A stretch of 20,906 nt of DNA from Promethearchaeati archaeon (GCA_013166835.1 JABLTI010000042.1:1-20906); one strand, 5' to 3'. Shown: positions 8,968 to 16,765, numbered from the stretch's first letter. Notes: generated by a model not told the origin, from the letters alone. Numbers and translations: made by a program.

Positions 8968-9090
8968 ATGAAGATGTCGAAGACAAAAAGTAAGAAAAAA
9001 AGTAAACTGCGTCTCGATCGCAAGAAAGTCAAGGAATTGGAAAACTCAGGAATATTATTGGGACTATATTATGTCGATGGGCTGATTTAG
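8968..9090 (+). CDS. Small basic ORF 1 (40 aa) MKMSKTKSKKKSKLRLDRKKVKELENSGILLGLYYVDGLI
   Basis: Purine-rich GGGGTAGG upstream; ATG 8968 to TAG 9090; resembles small ORF 4 (KSKLxL...RKxVK). Confidence 0.55.
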   Translation: MKMSKTKSKKKSKLRLDRKKVKELENSGILLGLYYVDGLI

Positions 9091-9157
9091 TCCTATATAT
9101 TCTTGAACCCGCAATTTCTTTATTATGGTCACAAGATACATATTTCCAAGTAAATAA

Positions 9158-9171
9158 GAAATATTTATATA
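9158..9171 (+). promoter_or_regulatory. Putative BRE/TATA promoter for small ORFs 2-5
   Basis: GAAATA followed by TTTATATA (9164-9171), about 25 nt before a run of hairpins. Confidence 0.45.
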
Positions 9172-9328
9172 ACATTGTGAGAAATATTTCTTAACAGTAT
9201 GGGACTGTTGTCTGAAGAATACTTCAGTTTGTAGTCGACTTAGAACTCGGTTTTTGAGAGTTTCAACTAATGAACCTTTGAGAGATGTGTGAAAGTACAC
9301 AGAGGATACTCTCGAAGGAGTGGATGAA

Positions 9329-9415
9329 ATGACACGCAAAAAAAATTCAATCAAATGTGAGATTAAGAAAGAACTGGCTATACCAGGTATGAAAACACAT
9401 CTCATCCAGAGATGA
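9329..9415 (+). CDS. Small basic ORF 2 (28 aa) MTRKKNSIKCEIKKELAIPGMKTHLIQR
   Basis: RBS GGAGTG at 9317-9322, 6 nt before ATG; ends TGA TAA. Confidence 0.5.
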   Translation: MTRKKNSIKCEIKKELAIPGMKTHLIQR

Positions 9416-9454
9416 TAAGAAAAAAGTAGATTAAAAATTAGGAATGAATAAGAA

Positions 9455-9559
9455 ATGATACAGAAAAAGAACAAACAAAGAGATCATTACACAACCAGTA
9501 TTGAGAAAATAAGGAATGATCTTGGCTATCTGGCAGTAAGATCATTGAGAACCGCCTAG
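9455..9559 (+). CDS. Small basic ORF 3 (34 aa) MIQKKNKQRDHYTTSIEKIRNDLGYLAVRSLRTA
   Basis: ATG 9455 to TAG 9559; weak RBS (AGGA); same MxxKKN start as ORF 2. Confidence 0.45.
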   Translation: MIQKKNKQRDHYTTSIEKIRNDLGYLAVRSLRTA

Positions 9560-9581
9560 ATATAATATTGAGGTGATGTAA

Positions 9582-9683
9582 TTGGAAAAAAGTAAGTTAG
9601 TATTAAGAAACCAAATACGAAAACAAGTTAAACATGATATAGAAAAAGCAAGAATGAAAATGTTACTCCTGAATGGAAGATAA
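9582..9683 (+). CDS. Small basic ORF 4 (33 aa, TTG start) MEKSKLVLRNQIRKQVKHDIEKARMKMLLLNGR
   Basis: Strong RBS GAGGTGA (9570-9576) 5 nt before TTG; open to TAA 9683. Confidence 0.6.
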   Translation: MEKSKLVLRNQIRKQVKHDIEKARMKMLLLNGR

Positions 9684-9825
9684 TGAAGTAAGACAAAAAA
9701 TTAACTCAGATGATAACAATGGAAAAACTGTCGCGAGAATTCAAAAACCTAATTCAGCATTTAACAAAAAGCATGCAAAGCAATTTACGAGTGTGGAAAA
9801 ACTTGAGAAGATGTTACAAAAATGA
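9673..9825 (+). CDS. Possible small ORF 5 (50 aa) MEDNEVRQKINSDDNNGKTVARIQKPNSAFNKKHAKQFTSVEKLEKMLQK
   Basis: Overlaps the ORF 4 end by 11 nt (possible coupling); hydrophilic composition; no RBS of its own. Confidence 0.3.
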   Translation: MEDNEVRQKINSDDNNGKTVARIQKPNSAFNKKHAKQFTSVEKLEKMLQK

Positions 9826-10001
9826 ATGCTTCATTTCTCAATTCGGAGTGGATGAAGTCAGTAATCAAGTTTGGACGCCTGCTAAAATGGGATTCAAACT
9901 TGATATACTTTTATCTGAAAACATTGGGATTCTAGAGATTAGAGGTTGGGATTTAGATTTTGCAGAAATTTATTCAAATTTAGATCCACCTTAGTTAATC
10001 T
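9803..10001 (+). ncRNA. Candidate structured RNA region (three consecutive long hairpins)
   Basis: TTGAGAA 9803-09/TTCTCAA 9835-41; ATCAAGTTTGGA 9864-75/TTCAAACTTGAT 9893-9904; GGATTTAGATTT 9949-60/AAATTTAGATCC 9976-87, extended by AGGT/ACCT and AGATTAG/TTAATCT. Mismatches are G.U on the + strand. Confidence 0.4.
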
Positions 10002-10038
10002 AAGTATCTGTTTACTGCTGAATAAAGAATTATTAGTT

Positions 10039-10287
10039 TCATTTTATTAATCTAAATTTTACATTGGGTGCTACACTACAAGCGGTGAATTTCCCACAAC
10101 CAGAGCATTTGCTGGGTGGACAAGAAACATCAAGTTCTTCTGGTTCAACTATTTCTAAATAACCCATTTTCACAAGTTGATCTAGAAGCATTATTGCAGT
10201 TCCCTCTTCTATATCCAACTTTCTAGAGATAGTTGCAGTATTTGCATCTCCACCTGCACGTAAATAATCTAAGAGTTTTGATATCAT
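10039..10287 (-). CDS. feoC: FeoC-like winged-helix Fe-S protein
   Basis: wHTH (ISRKLDIEEGTAIMLLDQLVKMGYL) plus Cx4CxxCx5C (CPPSKCSGCGKFTAC); in the feoB operon. Confidence 0.8.
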   Translation of the reverse strand: MISKLLDYLRAGGDANTATISRKLDIEEGTAIMLLDQLVKMGYLEIVEPEELDVSCPPSKCSGCGKFTACSVAPNVKFRLIK

Positions 10288-10302
10288 CTTATATTACCTG
10301 TT

Positions 10303-11157
10303 CTATTTCTTCCTTTTATGATTTCGTTTTCCATGACCCTTCCTCTGATCTCTCCATTGCTCTCTCCAATCTCTTCTATAATGTCTAAGTCTACGGTGTC
10401 TCCGATAATGATGATGCTCAAAGTGCCATTTCTTTTCTTCTTTTAGAGCTTCTTTCTCCAGAGTAGGATATGGTTTATCTTCATCATCCATACTAGGTAG
10501 AACAACCATATGCCTAATAGCTAATACCCTAAAAAGAGGAATTGCAAAAATGGCCAAGATTATTGGTACATAGAAGAATGTTTCAACTCTGAAAGCAACG
10601 TTGTCTGATATGGTAGTAATTACTGCAGTTATTACATCTGCTAAAATAATAAGAATATAAATTCCCCCGAAAATAATTCCAATCCCTGCACCTATGACTA
10701 AATAGGAATCTGCTTTTTGAGTTTTAGTTGTAAGGTAATACGGAACAGACCAGAACATAATCAATCCAATAATAATCAAAACAAAACCAGTTATCCTCAT
10801 TTGCTCCCATCCTAGAAATGCTGTCTTTTCATATATGTTCCAGGATTCACTCTCGGTAATTCCGAAATTAGAAATTGCCCCTAGGACTCCGAAGATGAAA
10901 TAAACGAGACTAAGAAATATTGAGAATCCAAGTATTAGATTCGTAAATAATGGTTTATTTAATCGTTCTATGAATTGTTTTGGAATATATTGATACCCTC
11001 TTCTTCTTTTCGACTTTAGTGGTTCTTCTATAGCACGGGATAATTCAGGATGTCTTTCAAGATCTTCTGCAGGAATGCTTTTAGTGGATTCTTCAATTTC
11101 TACAATCTCTTCATTTGTTTCCTTGGTTTTCTTGTTCTTTATTTTTATGTCTTTCAT
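10303..11157 (-). CDS. Uncharacterised ~4-TM membrane protein with His/Arg-rich C-terminal tail
   Basis: RBS GGTGGTGA; four hydrophobic stretches; tail WHFEHHHYRRHRRLRHYRRDWREQWRDQRKGHGKRNHKRKK. Confidence 0.75.
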   Translation of the reverse strand: MKDIKIKNKKTKETNEEIVEIEESTKSIPAEDLERHPELSRAIEEPLKSKRRRGYQYIPKQFIERLNKPLFTNLILGFSIFLSLVYFIFGVLGAISNFGITESESWNIYEKTAFLGWEQMRITGFVLIIIGLIMFWSVPYYLTTKTQKADSYLVIGAGIGIIFGGIYILIILADVITAVITTISDNVAFRVETFFYVPIILAIFAIPLFRVLAIRHMVVLPSMDDEDKPYPTLEKEALKEEKKWHFEHHHYRRHRRLRHYRRDWREQWRDQRKGHGKRNHKRKK

Positions 11158-11173
11158 TTATTCACCACCATTT

Positions 11174-13192
11174 TCAAATTCCTACTATAGCACCAACTAA
11201 AAAGTATGCAGCAGCTGATAACGCATACGCAATAATTGTCGTAAATATCAAAGAAAATAACATCCATTTCCAACTATTCGTTTCTTTTTTGATTACCGCT
11301 AGTGTTGCTATACATGGAACATATAGCAAAATGAACACTAACATTCCAAATCCTGCCGCAGGACCTATAATTGATATTGCTCCCGCTAAAGTAGGATTCA
11401 TTGGATTTATTGTCCCAAAATTAAGCAGAGCTCCAAGAGTTCCAATTATAACTTCTTTTGCAACAAAACCTGAAAGCAAAGCAGCTCCGTATTCCCAGCT
11501 AATTGACACGCCTGAAGTTGTTTTCATCCACCAAAAAGCTTGAGCGACTAATCTTCCAATATATTCCATGATACCGGATTCGTTTAGTAGATAAATTATC
11601 ATCATAGATGCTAGAATTAGTGTACTCGCTTTTTTGAAAAATTCTTTAGTTTGATTCCACATTTTAAGTAAAACGCTTTTGAATGTTGGACGAGTAAAGG
11701 GTTGTAATTCAATGATGAGTGAGGTTTTCTCCCCTCTAAAGATTGACTTTCTGAAAAGCCAAGCAAAGACAATTCCAATTAGAATACCAATAACATACAA
11801 GCTCAATGTAACAACTCCTGCAAAAGCAGGGAAAATAGCACCAGCAAAGAGAATATACACCGGTAGTCTTGCAGAACAAGACATGAAGCTATTAATCATA
11901 ATTGTTGTTTTTCTATCTTGCTCATTCTTTATTGACCGGGTAGCCATAATTGCTGGAACATTACAACCGAAACCAAGAAGCATTGGTATCATTGAATGTC
12001 CATCAAGTCCAATGCGACTCATGAATTTGTCCATGATAAATGCAACACGAGAAAGATAGCCAGTGTCTTCTAGAATAGCCAATGCAATAAATAGAATCAC
12101 AAGATATGGGAGGAATGAAAGAACAGACCCAACACCATCAATTACTGCTCCAACAATGAAATTTGAAATTGGATTAATGCCATTACCAGCACCATCGACC
12201 AAATTTGAGATAATATAAACTAAATCTCCTAGTTTGTCAAACGCAATAACTAAAAGATCGACTAAAGGTTGCCCAACAACAAAAGTAAGTTGGAATACCC
12301 CCCACATCACCGAAAGAAAAATTGGAATACCCAGAATTCTATTAGTTAAAACTTCATCAAGCATATCTGTTAAAGGCCATTTCTTCCCACGATAATCAGT
12401 AATGATATTCTTCAGTAACTCTTTTACAATATCATAGCGAGCATCAACAATGGCTAGAGAGGAATCACCAGCAAACTTCTCGGTTATCATTTTGTTAATT
12501 TTATCTCTAAGCTCGTCTTGAAGAACACCAATATCTCGTAAGATCCTCCAAGCGTATTCATCCTCTTCTAATAAAGAAATAGCAAGCCAATTGATAGGGT
12601 ATTTCTTTTCTATACGAGAGGAATAAGGAGCAATTTCTTCAAGAATAGTTGGTAAACATTCAGCAATTGTTCCAGACCACTTTATTGGTTTAGATTCGAT
12701 AGGGTTATCTAAATAATGACATATTGCACCTTTCAGATCAGATAATCCGATTTCTTTTGCTGCAATGGTTTCAATAATAGGTATTTCTAAATTGTCTGAA
12801 AGTTTCTCAACATCTATTTCTAAACCTTTACCTTCAGCGAGATCCATCATATTTAACGCAATTAGAAGATTAACTCCAAGCTCCATTAATTGGGCGGTCA
12901 AATAGAGATTGCGTTCAAGATTAGATGCATCAAGTACTACAACAACTAAATCTGGATTTTCTTCTATAATATACTCTCGAGATATTTCCTCATCAATGGA
13001 ATGAGGAGTTAAGGAATAAATCCCTGGTAAGTCTATAACTTCAATAGTTCTATTTTTATGCTTCATCCCACCCTCTTTCTTTTCAACAGTACAACCTGGA
13101 AAATTAGCTATAGTTTGATTTAATCCTGTTAGCGCATTGAAAATTACACTTTTTCCAACATTTGGATTGCCAACTAGAGCAATTTTTGCCAT
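11174..13192 (-). CDS. feoB: Ferrous iron transporter B
   Basis: G1 GNPNVGKS, NFPGCTVE, DLPG, NMMD; membrane motifs LEDTGYLSR, GFGCNVP, FMSCSARLP, GFVAKEV, LYVPCIAT. Confidence 0.97.
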   Translation of the reverse strand: MAKIALVGNPNVGKSVIFNALTGLNQTIANFPGCTVEKKEGGMKHKNRTIEVIDLPGIYSLTPHSIDEEISREYIIEENPDLVVVVLDASNLERNLYLTAQLMELGVNLLIALNMMDLAEGKGLEIDVEKLSDNLEIPIIETIAAKEIGLSDLKGAICHYLDNPIESKPIKWSGTIAECLPTILEEIAPYSSRIEKKYPINWLAISLLEEDEYAWRILRDIGVLQDELRDKINKMITEKFAGDSSLAIVDARYDIVKELLKNIITDYRGKKWPLTDMLDEVLTNRILGIPIFLSVMWGVFQLTFVVGQPLVDLLVIAFDKLGDLVYIISNLVDGAGNGINPISNFIVGAVIDGVGSVLSFLPYLVILFIALAILEDTGYLSRVAFIMDKFMSRIGLDGHSMIPMLLGFGCNVPAIMATRSIKNEQDRKTTIMINSFMSCSARLPVYILFAGAIFPAFAGVVTLSLYVIGILIGIVFAWLFRKSIFRGEKTSLIIELQPFTRPTFKSVLLKMWNQTKEFFKKASTLILASMMIIYLLNESGIMEYIGRLVAQAFWWMKTTSGVSISWEYGAALLSGFVAKEVIIGTLGALLNFGTINPMNPTLAGAISIIGPAAGFGMLVFILLYVPCIATLAVIKKETNSWKWMLFSLIFTTIIAYALSAAAYFLVGAIVGI

Positions 13193-13245
13193 GATACTAC
13201 AACTTGCCTTTTAACTTTTATTTAAAAAATCCTGTGATCGTCAAA

Positions 13246-13261
13246 GTTAGGTTTGCCTTAC
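13246..13261. promoter_or_regulatory. Putative DtxR/IdeR-family operator upstream of feoB
   Basis: GTTAGGTTTGCCTTAC matches TTAGG-N4-CCTAA with one mismatch; directly downstream (minus strand) of a TATA-like TTTTAAAA at ~13264-13271. Confidence 0.6.
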
Positions 13262-13379
13262 ATTTTTAAAAGTTTTTGGATAGATAGCTAGTTATAAATA
13301 AAATTAAAGACTGAAAGATTATTTATTACATATAGTTGTTTGATTGAGGGAAACTTTACTGAAACTTCCAAAACAAGTG

Positions 13380-15893
13380 ATGAAAAAAAACATATTTTCA
13401 CTATTTCTTGCGTTGCTCATATTATGGAATTCCTCCACATTAATCAATAATGAAAATTTCTTAATCAGAAAAACAGCTACAAATCAAATTGGAAGAAATA
13501 TAATCCAACAAACCTATGAACATGAAAACTACACAAAAATAAGTAGCTATGATGATAATCTCAAGAATTTTGTGGCAAAAGATATACAAGTTAAAAATGA
13601 TTTTCTCTTTATTGCAGCAGGGATTGAAGGTATGATTATTTTTGAAATTACGAATAGTACTTCGCCAGTATTAGTTAGTCAATTTTATAATGGAGGTTCT
13701 ATTCAAGGAATCTCCGTCGTCGATGATATTGCATATTTGGCAGCTTATGATGATGGTGTACAAATTGTCAATATCTCCAATATGTACAAGCCAGAAATGA
13801 TTGGAAAATATAGTGAATCATATTACTTTCATCAGATTTACGTAGATGGTAATTTTGCATATGCAGGATATACTAGTGGCACAGTTGGAGTTGGTGGGAT
13901 AATCATTCTTGATCTTGCAAGTAAAGCGAAACCATTTAAGATTGGACAATATCTCAGAGAACACATAGGAAGAATAGAAGAAATCACACTCAAAGAAAAC
14001 TATGCTATCATAATTGGACAAGCGAGTTCTGCAATCCTTGACATAACAGATAAAACTAATCCAGTTGAGCTTGAGGGGAGACTAGATTATATTTATCTTC
14101 ATAATTCTTTTTTGGATGGAAACATCCTCTATATTGCTGCTGATATTTATGGAGTATTAATCTATGATATTACTGATATCGAAGATTCACAGCTGATAGC
14201 TAGGTATCAAGAAGGAAGCAATCCGATGGATGTCTATGTTGAGAATAATGTAGCTTATGTTGTTTCCAAAAATTTAGGTCTAATTCTCTTAGATGTGACA
14301 GATCCAGCAAATCCAACAATGTTGAGTAATGACAATCGAGGATCCAGTAAAACATTGGTTTGGGTGAAGAATGATTATGCCTTCGTGACAGAAACCACTG
14401 AGTTTTTGCAGGTGTATGATGTCTCTGATAATCTGCTGCCTGAGCTTGTCTACAATATGTCTACCAGTGGATTTTCAGAAGAAATAGCTAATAACGGTGA
14501 TTATGTTTTTGTTGCTGATGAGCATGGTGGAGTCGAAATTATTAATACAACCAATAAACTGTTTCCAGAGAGAGTAGCTGTTTATTCTGAACCTAACAGC
14601 AGTATTTGTGATGTTGTGTATTGGAATGACACTTTGTTTCTTGTTGATGAAAAATATGGATTAATAATAGTAAATATTACAGACATTAGTTTTCCTCAGA
14701 AAATTGTAAATTGGACTAATGGTGGTGAACCTAGGAAAATCGCATATGCTGACAACTACCTATATTTAATTGATTATCTTGAGGGCGTAGAGATAATCAA
14801 TATCACGGATATAAAGAATCCTAATTTAGTGTTTACTTATAGCAAATCAGGTGTAACGGATATTGTTCTGGAAAATACAACTGCGTTTATTAGTATTGAA
14901 GATTCAGGATTCGATATCCTCAATGTTACCTCTAAAGTTTCACCCATTATTCTGAAATCCTATTCTGATACTGGTCCCGCTAAAAGCCTGACTGTTGACA
15001 ATAACCGTCTGTACATTGCTGATGGTTTAAATGGTCTAGAAGTGTATAATATTACTGATAAAATTAATCCTAAAAAATTAGCAACAGGATTAACTATGGA
15101 TTATGCTGAATCAGTCTATGTGAACGATAGCCTTGTGTTGATTGCGGGAGATATTTATGGATTAATTTTTGTCTTAGATAATGGAGGAAGTTATGAAGTT
15201 CTAGAAATATATACTGAAACAGGTGAACCACAGGCAATCTTTGTAAAAGAGGACTTGATTTATATTGCAGATGGTTCTCAGAATTTCCAGATTATAGGAA
15301 AAGACAGTGAGAACGATGGTTTAGCGGATATTGCAGAAGAATACTACGGAACAAATCCTTTACTAGCAGATTCCGATGCAGATGGATTAAGTGATAAAGT
15401 TGAGGTTTCATTATATAGAACAAATCCCTTGTCGAATGATACTGATAATGATCTAATGGGCGATTATTTCGAAATATACAACAGCTTGAACCCAAATGAT
15501 GCTAACGATGCTATAAACGACTTAGATGATGACGATCTAACAAATTTGGAGGAATTTCAACATTTCACGAATCCAAGAGATGCAGACACAGATGATGATT
15601 TCCTCACTGATGGAGAAGAGGTAAACACATATTTCACTGATCCAAGGATACCAGACACCGATGGGGATGGTTGGATGGATAGCTGGGAAATTTATTATGG
15701 AACGAATCCTCTAGATCCTTTAGATTATCCTGATTTCGAAACTACTCCACCCTTTACAGAACCACCTCCAACAAATCCCTATAGTAAGGAATTCAAATAC
15801 TACTATCTTGTCATAGCAGTTGGCAGTATTGTAGTTGTAGCAGGTGTTCTCTATTTAATTATTAGATTTAGAGGGAGAAGATCGTTAATCTAA
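13380..15893 (+). CDS. Cell-surface LVIVD-repeat protein with Ca-binding DxDxDG (TSP3-like) repeats and C-terminal TM anchor (alternative TTG start 13344)
   Basis: Signal-like MKKNIFSLFLALLILW; many YxA-G-IxDITxP repeats; DSDADGLSD, DTDDDFLTDGEE, DTDGDGWMD with TNP motifs; Pro/Thr linker; hydrophobic helix followed by RFRGRR. Confidence 0.85.
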   Translation: MKKNIFSLFLALLILWNSSTLINNENFLIRKTATNQIGRNIIQQTYEHENYTKISSYDDNLKNFVAKDIQVKNDFLFIAAGIEGMIIFEITNSTSPVLVSQFYNGGSIQGISVVDDIAYLAAYDDGVQIVNISNMYKPEMIGKYSESYYFHQIYVDGNFAYAGYTSGTVGVGGIIILDLASKAKPFKIGQYLREHIGRIEEITLKENYAIIIGQASSAILDITDKTNPVELEGRLDYIYLHNSFLDGNILYIAADIYGVLIYDITDIEDSQLIARYQEGSNPMDVYVENNVAYVVSKNLGLILLDVTDPANPTMLSNDNRGSSKTLVWVKNDYAFVTETTEFLQVYDVSDNLLPELVYNMSTSGFSEEIANNGDYVFVADEHGGVEIINTTNKLFPERVAVYSEPNSSICDVVYWNDTLFLVDEKYGLIIVNITDISFPQKIVNWTNGGEPRKIAYADNYLYLIDYLEGVEIINITDIKNPNLVFTYSKSGVTDIVLENTTAFISIEDSGFDILNVTSKVSPIILKSYSDTGPAKSLTVDNNRLYIADGLNGLEVYNITDKINPKKLATGLTMDYAESVYVNDSLVLIAGDIYGLIFVLDNGGSYEVLEIYTETGEPQAIFVKEDLIYIADGSQNFQIIGKDSENDGLADIAEEYYGTNPLLADSDADGLSDKVEVSLYRTNPLSNDTDNDLMGDYFEIYNSLNPNDANDAINDLDDDDLTNLEEFQHFTNPRDADTDDDFLTDGEEVNTYFTDPRIPDTDGDGWMDSWEIYYGTNPLDPLDYPDFETTPPFTEPPPTNPYSKEFKYYYLVIAVGSIVVVAGVLYLIIRFRGRRSLI

Positions 15894-15967
15894 TTCCTTT
15901 TTTTTATTATTCTTTCCCGGATTTGATTAGAGATAATTTCAAATGTTAATATTGTTATTTAGTTTCT

Positions 15968-16765
15968 ATGAAGGAACTAACTGTACTTTCTTGGAATGTT
16001 AATGGAATTCGTGCACTTAGCAAGAAGAATGTCTACAAAGAACAAGATTTTTTCTCATGGTTGGATAGTGAATCACCAGATATTTTGTGTATACAAGAAA
16101 CAAAAGCTCATCCAGACCAAGTATCAGAGAAGCTACTGAATCCACCAGGTTATTTTGGTCATTGGAGCGCAGCAGAAAGAAAAGGCTACAGTGGTGTTGT
16201 AACATTTACAAAAGAGAAACCAATCAGTGTTAGTACTGAATTAGGGGTTAAGCATTTAGATACAGAAGGGAGACATGTTATTACTGAACATTTGGGTTTT
16301 ATTCTAATAAACTCATACTTCCCAAATGGAAAAAAGAATCAGGAACGACTCGATTATAAAATGGAATATTATGCAGAATTTCTAAAGTTTATCAATAAAA
16401 AACGAAAACAAGGTAAATCAATTATTTTCTGTGGAGACGTAAATACCGCTCATACACCAATTGATCTTACTCATCCAAAAGGGAATGAGAAAATTTCAGG
16501 CTTTCTGCCAATAGAACGAGAATGGATTGACAAAGTTATTGAGCAGGGATATATTGATTCATTCAGACATTTTTATCCCGATGTTCCAGAGCAATATACT
16601 TGGTGGACTGTTAGAAGCATTGGTGCTCGAGAGAGAAATGTGGGTTGGCGATTAGATTATTTCTTTGTCTCAGATGATTTAATAAAAAATCTTACAAAAG
16701 CAACAATAATGAAGGATGTTATGGGATCAGATCATTGTCCAGTCCTATTAAAACTAAAGATCTAA
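15968..16765 (+). CDS. xth: Exodeoxyribonuclease III / AP endonuclease
   Basis: SWNVNGIRA, LCIQETK, KGYSGV, YFPNG, GDVNTAH, YTWW, GWRLDYF, SDHCP. Confidence 0.97.
   Translation: MKELTVLSWNVNGIRALSKKNVYKEQDFFSWLDSESPDILCIQETKAHPDQVSEKLLNPPGYFGHWSAAERKGYSGVVTFTKEKPISVSTELGVKHLDTEGRHVITEHLGFILINSYFPNGKKNQERLDYKMEYYAEFLKFINKKRKQGKSIIFCGDVNTAHTPIDLTHPKGNEKISGFLPIEREWIDKVIEQGYIDSFRHFYPDVPEQYTWWTVRSIGARERNVGWRLDYFFVSDDLIKNLTKATIMKDVMGSDHCPVLLKLKI

Noticed and set aside
9271-9320. Resemblance to a glycine riboswitch (GAACC...GAGAG, GAAGGAG)
   Set aside because: The ordered core GGAGA...CCGAAG...CUCAGG is missing and no glycine-metabolism gene follows.
9064-9474. 136-aa minus-strand ORF from the track
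   Set aside because: F/I/S-rich translation of an A-rich + strand, no RBS or motif; antisense to RBS-supported small ORFs.
9822-9935. 37-aa ORF MNASFLNSEWMKSVIKFGRLLKWDSNLIYFYLKTLGF overlapping the ORF 5 stop (ATGA)
   Set aside because: Lacks the peptide-array motif and lies within long hairpins; insufficient support.
9710-9994. 94-aa + strand ORF from the track
   Set aside because: No RBS or recognisable domain; overlaps an alternative 50-aa frame and a strongly base-paired region. Not excluded, but unsupported.
8790-10038. CRISPR array, tRNA or IS element in the long gap
   Set aside because: No regularly spaced 23-47 nt direct repeats, no cloverleaf/T-loop motif, no transposase or terminal inverted repeats seen.
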